Source: Squalus acanthias (Eukaryota). Taken from it: 64,000 nucleotides of DNA. This document shows, one piece after another, positions 36,764-49,176 of the stretch. The position numbers and the translations under genes were made by a program. The notes under the pieces are model-generated. The model saw nothing but the letters and a program-made list of their open reading frames with translations. It searched no databases and had not been told where the DNA came from. Each line of letters begins with the position of its first letter. The stretch's first letter is position 1. The stretch is taken from contig CM059432.1 in the NCBI GenBank assembly GCA_030390025.1, positions 72,418,001 through 72,482,000 on the forward strand. Direction: 5' to 3'.

Positions 36764-37710
36764 ATTATAAACTGAATGGTACAATTTTAAAGGGAGTGCA
36801 GGAGCAGGGTGACCTGGGGTGTATGTAAACAAATCATTGAAGGTGGCAGGACAAGTTGAGGAGGCTGTTAAAAAAGCCTATGGGATCCTTAGCGTTATTA
36901 ATAGAGGAATAGAGTACAAAAGCAAGGAAGTTATGCTAAACATTTATAAAACACTGGTTCGGCCTCAGCTGGACTATTGTGTTCAATTCTGGGCACACTT
37001 TAGGAAGGATGTCAAGGCTTTAGAGAAGTTGCAGAAGAGATTTACTAGAATGGTACCAGGGATGAGGGACTTCAGTTACATGGAGAGACTGGAGAGCTGG
37101 GGTTGTTCTCCTTAGAGCAGAGAAGGTTAACAGGAGATTTGATAGAGGTGTTCAAAATCATGAATGGTTTTGATAGAGTAAATAAGGAGAAACTGTTTCC
37201 AGTGGCATAAGGGTCGGTAATCAGAGGACACAGATTTAAGGTGATTGGCAAAAGAATCAGTGGCGACATGAGGAAATATATTTTTACACAGCGAGTTGTT
37301 GTGATCTGGAATGCACAGCCTGAAAGGGTGGTGGAAACAGATTCAATAGCAACTTTCAAAAGGGAATTGGATCAGTACTTGAATGGAAAAAATTTACAGG
37401 GCTATGGGGAACGAACAGGGAAGTGGGACTAATTGGATAGCTCTACCAAAGAGCCGGCACAGGCACGATTAGCTGAATATCTTCCTTCTTTGCTGTATCA
37501 TTCTATGATTCTATTTGCAGTCACATCCACTGGGTTCTTGAAGCAGCATTGATGAGCAACGTCACCAACCTCTGCACAGCTCGTCCATGTGAAAGGTGTC
37601 CTTGGGTGCTAAGCACCACCTCTGTCACACCTCCTCAAGCAATGCTTCTGCAGAGGTATCAGTAAAACTGTTGAAATTATCTCTTTGTAATCGTATGTGA
37701 CATTGGACTA

Positions 37711-37718
<8 letters not shown>

Positions 37719-37746
<28 letters not shown>
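37719..37746. repeat. (AC)n microsatellite
   Basis: Read directly from the sequence. Confidence 0.95.
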
Positions 37747-37750
<4 letters not shown>

Positions 37751-38871
37751 GTAGACCCAAGTGATGGTTAGTGAAATGTTGTAGGCTTTTTTTAAATCAG
37801 CCTGTTGTATGGAGTTTCAAATTTCAGCTGTGTAATTAAACCCTTGGGTATTACACAATGTGCTCAGTTACATTAGAAAATTCTACATTAACTTGAGGAT
37901 CACACATGTTCCTGCTGACACTAAGGTTAGTACCGACCTATGCTTTTGGAGGAGACTAATTTAGAATCTAGAAACACTTTTGTATTTATCCTTTGCTGAA
38001 GGTATAACAGTGCCAATCTTGACTTGTGATGAGAATGTTGATGTATGCAGACCACCAAGAATCTGTTGTGTTATGCTGCACTGATGTCCAGAACAGGTAC
38101 AAGTGTGATTGATGTAACCTTTAAATGAGTGGTTAGAATGGAATACCAGGGAGATGCTTTGTGCATAGATATAATGTAACAGTGCAAAGGAATCTGTGCC
38201 AGCCAGATTCTTATTGTATGCTACTTGTGAGTAGGTTGGACTGGGCCTGCAATGTCATGGCAATGATTCAATTTCTCTAATCTGACAGGATCCTGTTTCC
38301 AACCCAAACATTTTAAATTTATCGCTGATGCATTGTATTATGTAAAAAAAGGCATTCACAAACAGATACTAATACTGCTTATTTTCAATCTACTGCTATT
38401 AAAACATAGCAGTATAAATAGTTTAAAACTGCTTTTTGCAATAAGTGTGAGTAACATGAGCTACTGAAGAATGAAATACTTTTGTTACAGTCTCTGGCTT
38501 TAGTCCCACCGGTGTTAAATAACTATGCAGCGAGTCTGTAGTTGCCCTTACACTGACTATCAAGTTTCTAACATCTGTCCTCCGCAGAAGAAATCTGTCC
38601 AAACATTTCCAGTCTGTCAGTGACCCAGATGTGACCCACCTTCCTTCCCGCTGTGGCAGGGTTAGCTTGCTTTACTGAGCTCTGTTGGAAATGCACTGAG
38701 GACTTCCCAAGTGATTCAGCTGGTAAAGGCAGTGTATAGCTAAGCTTTGCAAGTGTCAACTTGGCTCAGTGATACCACTTTTGCCTTCGAGTTAGAAAGT
38801 AATTCTTTCCTTCCTTCCTTTATTCCTTCCTTCCTTCTTCCCTCCCTTCACTCCTCGCTCTTGCTCTCTCT

Positions 38872-39105
38872 CTCCCTGGTTTGTGTAATAAGCTGAAGTC
38901 AACTGGGATAGCAGTTGAAGCATTAGAATTGACCTTGGCACCCTTGCATCAGAGAAAGGAAAAGTCAATCAGAGATCCTATTCCTGATTGTTACCCAGTG
39001 ACCCTGCTGGAAAGTAGTGTGTGGATATTACCCAAGAACAAGATCAGGCTCCAAAATGATTCCCCACATAGTTGAAAAGCCTGCCAACAACTAAGTCTAG
39101 GTTGA
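38872..39105 (+). mobile_element. Old unclassified SINE-like repeat
   Basis: Diverged similarity to 45430-45574 + 46573-46720 (ctggtttgtg...agtgac...ggaa...acaagat...tgccaac/tgccagc). Confidence 0.4.
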
Positions 39106-40129
39106 TACAATAGGGGGGTAATTTTAACTTTTGGTGGTAGTGTAAAACAGACAATATCAGATCGGCCGCCCATAATATGCCTCTCCCCTTTCCATTGTGT
39201 AAAACTGACCACTTGAGGAAGTGGCCAAGAACCAATGTAACCATATTCCAGCAGGAGTCAGCCCTTTGGGGAGAAGACGGGTGAAAGCTGGAGACCAAGC
39301 AAAAGAGAAAATGTACTGATGGTGAATATGCAATTTATATTATGCACAAGGTAACAATTCTTGCATATCTGGAGCTATAAAGTTTATAATTTGTTTAACC
39401 TCATTGTCAGCTCCAATATCTATTGATGGGTAAACTGGAGCCCACTATAGGCAACATAGTCAAATCAAAGAGCACAACAAGCTCGGATAGTGAGACAAGC
39501 TAGTATTTATTCTTCTCTCACTTCAGATGGGTACAGCCTATGCATAAATTTAGAATGCCTCCTATAACAGCATTGTTCATCTGCTGTACAAATAGCACCT
39601 CCCATGCAGACATATGTGATAAAAAGACCACGGTCACCTTATACACCGCATATACTTAGGGCCCAAAATTCTGACGGTGCTGTAGTGCCGTTGGAACAGA
39701 GGTGGAATGACGCTTTCAATCAATGGGAGGGAATGGGAGTGAGGGGAATGAAAAACTGGACAAGGAGCCTGAGTTAGGTCCTAAAGGGGTAATGAATGGC
39801 TACGAAAGGGGGGCCTGGGAAATATCCGGGGGAAAAAAGTAGGGGGGAATGGAGGGGGAAGGGAGAAGGGGCAGAGGGGGAGGAGAGAGGAGGAATGAGG
39901 AGAGGAGCAGAATGTCGAGGGGATGGCAGGTGAGAACTAGAAAATAACCAGGAGAGACAAAGGCCTGGTTCAACAACAGGATAGAACAGTTGCTGCTGCT
40001 TAAAGAAGCAATGGCAGAGCTAGGAAAAGCTGCCACCTGAACAACAAGGATGCAAGAAATGAACAGTCAGCTTCAGGGAGCAGGTTACTTGTCCTTGCAA
40101 CGGAGATACAGAGCAGAAGGAACAGTCTA

Positions 40130-41780
40130 CAATAGCAAAATACTGCGGATGCTGGAAAATTGAAACAACAACAGAAAACGCTGGAAAAACTCAGCAGGCC
40201 AGGCAGCATCCGTGGAGAGAGAAACAGAGTTAACGTTTCAGGTCGAAGACCCTTCGTCAGAACTGAGAAAAAAGCAGGAAATGAAACAGATAAAAAAGCA
40301 AGGGGGAGGCTGGGGGGAGGAATAAAAGAACAAAAGGGGTGGTCTATGATAAGTAGAGACATTAAGAGATGCTCAAGACAAGACGAGATGGTAATGGGAC
40401 AGGTTAAGAAACAAAAGATGGCTCAGAAGTGTGAAGAGTGAAATGCTGGCAGAATGAGAGACAGCTGGGGCGGGGAGAGAGAGAAAAAAAAGGGGAAAGG
40501 CACAAACCAAAAGGGTGGATAAAATATGTGGTAGGGGCCGAGGTTATGATCTGAAATTGTTGAACTCTATGTTGAGTCCAGAGGGCTGTAGAGTGCCTAA
40601 TCGAAAGATGAGGTGCTGTTCCTCGAGCTTATGCTGAGCTTCCGTGGAACAATGCAAGAGGCCAAGGACGGTGAGGTCTGAGTGGGCGTGGAGCGGTGAA
40701 TTAAAATGACAAGCGACCGGAAGCTCGGGGTCACCCTTATGGACTGAACGGAGGTGTTCCGCAAAGCGGTCACCCAATCTGCATTTGGTCTCCCCAATGT
40801 AGAGGAGACCACATCGTGAGCAGCGAATACAGTATACTAGATTGCAAGAAGTACAAGTAAATCGCTGTTTCACCTGGAAGGTGTGTTTGGGGCCCTGGAG
40901 AGTGGGAAGGGGGGGATGTATAAGGGCAGGTGTTGCATCTCCTGCACTTGCACGGGAAGGTGCCGGGCGAGGGGGAAGGGGTGCTGGGGGTGATAGAGGA
41001 GTGGACTAGGGTGTCTCGGAGGGAGCGGTCCCTACGGAATACTGAAAGGGGAGGTGAGGGGAAGATACGTTTGGTGGTGGGATCACGTTGGAGGTGGCGG
41101 AAATGGCGGAGGATGATCCGTTGAATGTGGAGGCTGGTGGGGTGAAAGGTGAGGACAAGGGGAACTCTATCGTGGTTCCGGGAGGGAGGGGCCGGGGTGA
41201 GGGCAGAAGTGTGGGAGATAGAACGGACACGGTCGAGGGCCGTGTTGACCATAGTAGAGGGGAATCCTCGGTTGAGGAAAAAGGAAGACATGTCGGAAGC
41301 ACTGGTATGGAAGGTGGCATCGTCGGAGCAGATGCGGTGGAGACGGAGAAACTGGGAGAATGGAATAGAGTCCTTACAGGAGGTGGGGTGGGAGGAAGTG
41401 TAGTCCAGGTAGCTGTGGGAGTCAGTGGGCTTGTAGTGAATGTTGGTCAATAACCTATCCCCAGAGATGGAGACGGAGAAGTCGAGGAAGGGAAGGGAAG
41501 AGTCGGAGATGGACCATGTGAAGGTGAGGGAAGGGTGGAAATTGGAGGCAAAGTGAATGAAATTGTCTAGTTCAGGGCGAGAGCAGGAAACGGCACCGAT
41601 ACAGTCATCAATGTACCGGAAAAAGAGGTGAGGGAGGGGACCCGAGTAGGACTAGAACAAAGAGTGTTCCACATATCTCACGAAAAGGCAGGCATAGCTA
41701 GGACCCATGCAGGTACCCATAGCAACACCTTTGATTTGGAGGAAATGAGTGGAGTCAAAGGAGAAGTTGTTCAATGTGAG
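40130..41780 (-). mobile_element. Penelope-like element family B, 5'-truncated
   Basis: GVAMGT and FRYIDDCIG (about 41590-41730), ORF 40770..41450 and ORF 40544..40873 (LVYCIRC...LYIGET); hammerhead in the 3' terminal region. Confidence 0.93.
40228..40264 (-). ncRNA. Minimal type I hammerhead ribozyme
   Basis: Minus strand agtt-CTGACGA-a-gggtc(ttc)gacct-GAAA-cg-TT-aact; GUU triplet. Confidence 0.85.
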
Positions 41781-43339
41781 TCTGTTTGGAGTTGGAGGTC
41801 AGGGACCCACCTTGGTCTCAAGAGGGTCACAATAACACAAGGCAACCAAGCTCCTCTGGCATCTCTGACTTTTAGGTATTACCTGGGCACAGCACCAGGT
41901 TTAAGAACAGAACCGAGAGGCACCAGAGCTGGATTAGTGGTCATAAGAAGCACTTGTTGTAAATCTATATATATGTGTGCGGTAAAATCACTTTGTGATA
42001 TGAAGTCCAATGTCCTGAAGTAAGTCCGTTCTTTGCTTTTTTTGTTGAATAGCATGTTTGGAGGTCAGTTTGCAATGGGTGGCAGAGTTCCTTCTATACA
42101 TCCTCACTAAATGGTTGTCTCTTTAAGCAGACCTTTTCTGAGATATAATTGAGGGAGTGTTGAGGTTTGTAGATTCAGGTGGAGGTGTACCACCTAGTTG
42201 TTCTTCTTTGGTGTAGCCTTATCCTGCATGCCTCTGTCATTTTCTCTTCCTGCTGCTGCATGTTCTGTCTCCATCATTTATGGGAATGGCTATGGTGAAG
42301 CTCATGGTAAGGGTTCTATGACAGAAGGGTGAGAAGAAAAAAATTCCCTGCCTGAAACTGTTGAAAGGTAGTTTACAGAATCCTTTCTTAGCAGCACAGT
42401 TGAAAAATGATTTGTCTAATTGCTTCGGTCAAAGCCGACGTTTCAGACAAAGTTTGTGGCCAGTCAAAACCTGTGAACTCAACTACTTCCTGGTTCAACA
42501 AGTCATGCAGGTAACGCACCCCTCTTTCCTAAAGCAGCTTTATCTTTCATTATCCTGTTATTTGCATACATCCATCACCTTGGAGGTGGGCACATCTTCT
42601 GCCAGAAGCCAATTCTACGAGAATTTAGCATGTATTTTAGAATGGGTGCAATTCTGATGTATCTGACTTACAAATTCTGGATCCCTATGCCAGTCTTACA
42701 CCACTTTTTCACCAAAAATACTCAGTCAGGTCCTTAGCATTTGTAAATTAATTTCTTATAATACTGCTTTTCCTAGGCACTTGTACAGAGATGTTTTGGT
42801 ACTGTTTCTGATGAATACAATTTTCTATTTGGAAATAATTATGATGTAATAATTTGTAGCTGAATTTTTTGATCATTTCTTAACCTATCATACCCATGAT
42901 TCCTCATATAGTTAGTACATTATTCAGATAGTTAGTCATTCACCATTACAACCAAAATGTGGGTTTTCTGTGGGTATATAAGTAACATAACGCATTCATA
43001 ACCACATTGTGTTGCATTTCAAGAAGGGGTGTATATCTAAGGGCATGTTCCCTCGGGGTTCTTTTGAAATTAAAAATTCTAATTCTAGTACAATTTCAGT
43101 AGAAATGTAAAATCATAAGTTGTACAACTCATTTATTTACATGGTTTGATGGAGAAATAAAGCATTCCAGCAGTAGGTTTCAGCTGTCAGGGAATCTGAT
43201 GCTATTAAATTTCTTTTTGACCCCACACTATTCCACTCTGGCCAGTTACATTACTGATTATCCCAGCGACATGGGAACCATTCTGCTCTACTGAGAATTT
43301 GACCATCTCAGTCTGTACGTAGCCTTATAATCTGAAATA

Positions 43340-43850
43340 ATGTTCTAAGCCAAATATTTATCCAGCTCCTTTTTGAAGGAGTTAATTGACAAAGCATTCA
43401 CTGTTTTTTTTCTGAATGTCTATTTAATATAGTCACTACTCTGTGGAGAAAAAATTATTCTAACTTCTACTCTCACTTGAAGCTAGTTCATTTTGTACTG
43501 ACATCCTGTAATCTCTGTTTGCCATTTGTTTCTACATCAGCCATTTCTGTCACCATTTTAAAGATCTAGATAATGCTTTCTCTCTATTTTTCAATTTAAA
43601 AAAGTCCAATTAAATGGGTCTCTCTTCATAACTGAAATATCTAAATCCCAGAATTATCACAGTTACTATTCCCTGTCCAATGCAAGAATGTCCTTTGAAG
43701 GTAGAATCCCCAAAACTGCACACAAATGTAATCTCACCAAGATTTTTACAGAGTTAAAACAACCCACTACACATTATAATCAAATGCCCTTCAGATGATC
43801 CTCATTACCTTATTAGTGTTCAGTGGTGGTGAAATAATGTTTGTGGACAC
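43340..43850 (-). mobile_element. Old degraded CR1-like 3' fragment
   Basis: tccagctcctttttgaagg...ctctgtggagaaaaaatt...caaaaactgcacac...tctcaccaa resemble the CR1 ORF2 3' region. Confidence 0.55.
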
Positions 43851-43949
43851 CTTCAGTAAAATAGCAGACAGAGGAAATGTATATGAATGCATTAACTCAT
43901 TCATTACCAACATTGCACAGTATAATTTCATCCCAAATTAGGTTTACAG

Positions 43950-45341
43950 GCAGGACAAATCCAATCTGGCCAATTATCGCCCCATCAGTTTATTTTCAAT
44001 CATCAGCAAAGTGATGGAAGGTGTTATCGACAGTGCTATCAAGCTGCACTTATTCACCAATAACTTGCTCACCGATGCTCAGTTGTGTTCCGCCAGAACC
44101 ACTCGGCTCCAGACCTCTTTACAGCCTTGGTCCAAACATGGACAAAGGAGCTGAATTCCAGAGGTGAGGTGAGAGTGACTGCCCTTGATATCAAGGCAGC
44201 GTTTGACCGAGTGTGGCATCAAGGAGCCCTAGTAAAATTGAAGTCAATGGGAATCAGGGGAAAAACTCTCCACTGACTGGAGTCATACCTAACACAAAGG
44301 AAGACGGTTGTAGTTGTTGGAGGCCAATCATCTCATCCCAGGACATCACTGCAGGAGTTCCTCAGGGCAGTGTCCTAGGTCCAACCATCTTCAGTTGCTT
44401 CATCAATGACCTTCCATCCATTGTATGGACAGAAGTGGGGATGTTTGCTGATGATTGCACAGTGTTCAGTTCCATTCGCAACTCCACAGATAATGAAGCA
44501 GTCCATGCACGCATGCAGCAAGACCTGGACGACATTCAGGCTTGGGCTGATAAGTGGCAAGTAACGTTCGTGCCACACAAGTGCCAGGCAATGACTATCT
44601 CCAACAAGCGAGAGTCTAACCACCACCCCTTGACACTCAACGGAACTACCATTGCCGAATCCCCCACCATCAACTTCCTGGAGGTCACCATTGACCAGAA
44701 ACATAACTGGTCCAGCCAAATAAACACTGTGGCTACAAGAGCAGGTCAGATGCTGGGTATTCTGCGGCGAGTGTCTCACCTCCGGACTCCCCAAAGCCTT
44801 TCCACCATCCACAAGGGACAAGTCAGGAGTGTGACGGAATATTCTCCACTTGCCTGGATGAGTGCAGCTCCAACAACACTCAAGAAGCTCAACACCATCC
44901 AGGACAAAGCAGCCTACTTGATTGACACCACCTTAAATATTCAATCCCTCCACCACCGGTACACAGTGGCTGCAGTGTGTACCATCTACAAGATGCACTG
45001 CAGCAACTCGCAAAGGTTTCTTCGACAGCATCTCCCAAACCTGTGACCTCTACCACCTAGAAGGACAAGGGCAGCAAGTGCATGGGAACACCATCACCTG
45101 CAAGTTCCCCTCCAAGTTACACACCACCCTGACTTGGAAATATTTCGCCATTCCTTCATCATCGCTGGGTCAAAATCCTGGAACTCCCTCCCTAACAGCA
45201 CTGTGGGAGTACCTTCACCACATGGACTGCAGCGGTTCAAGAAGGTGGCTTACCACCACCTTCTCAAGAGCAACTAGGGATGGGCAATAAATGCTGACCT
45301 TGCCAGTGACGCCCACATCCCAGGAACGAATATAAAAAAAA
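43950..45341 (+). mobile_element. LINE family B, 5'-truncated
   Basis: ORFs 44085..44276 and 44213..45046 (GVPQGSVLGP, FADD); ends in an A-rich tail. Confidence 0.92.
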
Positions 45342-45574
45342 TAGCTTCAAGCATCTGACACTGGATTCGGAATGGACAGAGGTGTCAACTAGATCCGATA
45401 TGGGCAACTTTAGTTCCCTTGCTGGATCAGCAAGTTTATCCAGTGAGTAACTGAGCTATACAAACAAAAATGTTCCAGATGCAATCACTGGTTTGTGCTG
45501 TGTTAACTAATCTCACCTGGGGCAGCTATTGGAGTACAATTTGCGTAAAAGCCCCTGGGCTAGGAAGAGGAGAA

Positions 45575-46572
45575 ATAACAACAGAAAACGCTGGAAAAAC
45601 TCAGCAGGCCAGGCAGCATCCGTGGAGAGAGAAAGAGAGTTGACGTTTCAGGTCGATGACCTTTCATCAGAACTGGGAAGAGCTGGAAATCAAATAGATT
45701 TAAGGCCAGGGTAAAGCTGGGAAAAGGGGGAGGGGATAAAGGAACAAAGGAGGAGATGAAGAGACATTAAGAGACATTAAGAGATATGCAAGGCTAGAGG
45801 TGGTGTTAATGTGACAGATTAAGGCTGAATGAAGTGTGAAATCTACTGGCAGAATGAAGGACAGCTGCCAGCTTCTAGGAGGAAAAAAAAGGTGGGGGGG
45901 ACAAATAAAAGGGTGGATAAAATAAAATATAAATGTGATTGGAGCTGAGGTTATGATCTAAAATTGTTGAACTCGATATTGAGTCCAGAGGGCTGTAGCG
46001 TGCCTAAACGAAAGATGAGGTGCTGTTCCTCGAGCTTACGCTGAGCTTCCGTGGAACAGTGTATTAGGCCGAGGACGGTGAGGTCAGAGTGGGAGTGAAG
46101 CGGTGAATTAAAGTGACAGGCCACCGGGAGCTCGGGGTCCCCCTTACGGACTGAACGGAGGTGTTCCGCAAAGCGGTCACCCAATCTGCGTTTGGTCTCC
46201 CCAATGTAGAGGAGTCCACATCGTGAGCAGCGAATACAGTATACTAAATTGCAGGAAGTACAAGTAAATCGCTGTTTCACCTGGAAGGGGTGTTTGGGGC
46301 CCTGGACAGTGGGAAGAGGGGAGGTATAAGGGCATGTGTTGCATCTCCTGCGCGTGCACGGGAAGGTGCCGGGCGAAGGGGAAGGGGTGCTGGGGGTGGT
46401 AGAGGAGTGGACTAGGGTGTCGCGGAGGGAGCGGTCCCTGCGGAATGCTGAAAGGGGAGGTGAGGGGAAGATGTGTTTGGTGGTGGGATCACGCTGGAGG
46501 TGGCGGAAATGGCGGAGGATGATCCGTTGAATGTGGAGGCTGGTGGGGTGAAAGGTGAGGACAAGGAAGACA
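45575..46572 (-). mobile_element. Penelope-like element family B, short 3' copy with GIY-YIG domain
   Basis: ORF 45951..46604 (CNTC, LVYCIRC...LYIGET); 13-bp TSD aggaagaggagaa at 45562-45574 and 46573-46585. Confidence 0.93.
45638..45674 (-). ncRNA. Minimal type I hammerhead ribozyme
   Basis: Minus strand agtt-CTGATGA-a-aggtc(atc)gacct-GAAA-cg-TC-aact; canonical GUC triplet. Confidence 0.88.
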
Positions 46573-49176
46573 AGGAAGAGGAGAAGTGGCCGACATTCCT
46601 GCATTTAAATGCTGCAAGTGACACTCAATGGAAGTTCATATGTGTGAGTAAGGACAAGATTTGGTTCAGCTCTGATGCCCCTAATAACATGCCAGCACTC
46701 AGTCATAAGCTACTTGAATGAGTTACTGGAGGTTGACTGGTCCCCATAGAACTGCAGCTCAGCAAGGCATCAACATATTTGGGAAGAGTAAAGAATGGTG
46801 AAGCAAATGAATAAGAAAATAGAATGGAGAAAGTTAGACAATACAAATATATGTAAATTAGCCCAATGTATATCAAGCTAAATCTCAGCAACTTCTTTGA
46901 AGCACGTACCTAATCTGGAGGTTAGCCAGGGTTTATTGTATGAGCTCAGATGTTGTAATCAGATAGGACTAGGATGTTGAAACTACAGCCCGTGAGCCAC
47001 ATGAGGCCCCACAACCCCTAGCAATCATGCCCATGACATTATTATATTTCTTACTGCTAGTTTATCTTAATTTGAATTTCATTGGCCTGGAGGTTTGGAA
47101 AGGGCTGTTCTTAGCACTGTTGGGTGGATAAATCCTAAATCAGAACAGCAAGAACTGTTAGTATCAGCAACTTGAGATCCATGCAAATTAATGGTAAAAT
47201 CAATTTAAGCTTTATATGTGATCCATGAAGTTCAATGGTATGCACCAAAGCAGCCCATAAAGACAAAAAGCTTGGGTATTCCTGAGCTAGAAGACCCCCC
47301 TCTTTTCTCTATGCTCTAACTTCTCTCTATCACAAGTTTTATTGCGTCCCTCTATTTTCATTCTAGGGTTTTCTTGGTTAATGTAGAGCTATTCTGAGTG
47401 ACTGACAGCTGAGGAACACCTCAGCTGAAAAAGCTCCTTTCACTCGAGCTACACGTTTTACAAATATATATGTGGCATAATTGAGCTTTGCTGACAAACA
47501 TTAGAAAAACATTTACTGAAAGTATCATATTAGGAGTCAACTTGATATTATACAAGAATGTAAATTAGAAGCATAGGTTATGGAATCCATCAACTACCCA
47601 CTGTATCAGCCCTGGCAGGCAACATTCAATAAGGGTTTAGAAATGCAACCTATTTTTATCCATCACTCCATCACTCTGAAGAATAAAACACAATACCATT
47701 TAAGTGGATTTGCATTCTATCACTCTTGATGATTATAAATGTTACTCCCAACATTTCCTTGACGTTAACAGCTTTGCAATGGTATTGGAACCTATCAGCA
47801 CCAAACATCCATACCAACTGAAAACAAATCTGTCTACACCAGCCAACTCTCATTTCTCTGGTAATATCACTTTTCACTCGAGATGTCAGTGTTGAAAAAC
47901 TGAACATTTTTTCCCACTTATTCCACTCGGTATCAGCAACAATGGCTTTCCAGGTCAGGTATAGCATGAGGCAAAACTCTCTTTACATGATCTCAACAAC
48001 ATGCCTTATACCCAATTCAGAAGATCAACTCCAAACTGTACAATTTCCATTTTAAGCCAATGGTTTGGCCTCCCGGACTGGGACTGTTGATTTAATGCTA
48101 ATTAGTACTAATTTATAGGCAGTTTTATGCAATGAACTTCTTGCCCACTCTGAAAATTGGGTTAAAACTGCCCAAACTCATTCAGGGTCCTTAAACAGTG
48201 TTCCTATCCTTCAGGAGACTCCTGTATTTTAACGGGTTTTGACTCCAAATATAAAACACAGAAGAAAATGAAAAAGAAAACAGAATCTGTGGAATTTCAT
48301 TTTGATGTCCTACACTGTACCTCTTTTGCACAAGTTATATCTGTGTTTTCTTCCAAACTAATCTATCTTTCTCTGTCTCTTTCCACCCAATCTTCCTCCC
48401 ACCATGCCTACCTGCTCAATCTTTCCCCTGATGCCCCTCTCTCCTCTCCCTTCTACTAGCTTTGCATCATGGAAAAGAATGGGATAGCCTTGCCTCCAAG
48501 TAGCATTCCCTGACTCTCACTACGACAGCAGGAGTGGGCAGACATTTACAAAAGCAAATAAGGCAGAAAGAGGAGATGGGCATAACAGATAAAGAGAATG
48601 AGCCACCCCCACCTACAAGGGCACAACAGCATGCCTGACCCAATCTATCGTTGAAAAGCAAAACAGTCCACAGCTACTGCACTAGAGTCCCTTGGGGCCC
48701 TTCCCTACCTGAAGAAATTTGGTAGCAGTTCCATCTTCAGATCCTAAGGGAGTCATAAGTAAATACAGGTTATCGATCCACCCCACCCCACCAAGATTGA
48801 TTAGCTTTGTCTGGGAACCTTCTGGGGCCTTCCCAAGGGCCAGCTCTTAGCTGGTGAGAGTTCCATTGAGGCCTTATAGAGTGTACTGGTCAAAACTCTC
48901 AAGGTGGTCTGAGAACTCCCCAGACAAATCCCTTGCCATGAGAGGGTGGAAGACTCTCGCCGTCTCCCCCACCTCTGAAACTTAAGGCAGCAATTGCATG
49001 TGGCGGAATCCCAGCAGAACTGGGCTCCATCTGCTCTCCACCCTGGCTGCGGATCTGAATTTCAGGGCCATTATTTCTACACTTTTTCCTGGTGCTTTTG
49101 CATTAGTTTGTAAACAGAAAAATATAGAAGAAAACCAAGCAAAATATAAAATGCTGTAAGCTACAACACACACTAC

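Larger units (their letters stand above)
20090..37514 (+). mobile_element. Near-full-length CR1 LINE fragmented by nested insertions
   Basis: Colinear pieces: 5'UTR/ORF1/EN start 20090-21895; ESIWLESRN 28429-28459; NRGAFTLLGVYYRPPN...MGDFKYPNIDW 32179-32366; RT 34851-35998; 3' end 36764-37514 with ttctatgattctat tail. Confidence 0.85.
39659..42300. mobile_element. Highly decayed Harbinger element split by Penelope
   Basis: Left end gggcccaaaatt; Myb-like remnant LLVLATEIQSRRNSL (+, about 40085-40128); transposase remnant IYKPQHSLNYISEKVCLKR...ELCHPLQTDLQ (-, about 42058-42175). Right end not defined. Confidence 0.55.

Noticed and set aside
47671..47967. 98-aa minus-strand ORF as possible host exon
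   Set aside because: No recognisable domain and only weak splice-site support; cannot be supported without a search.
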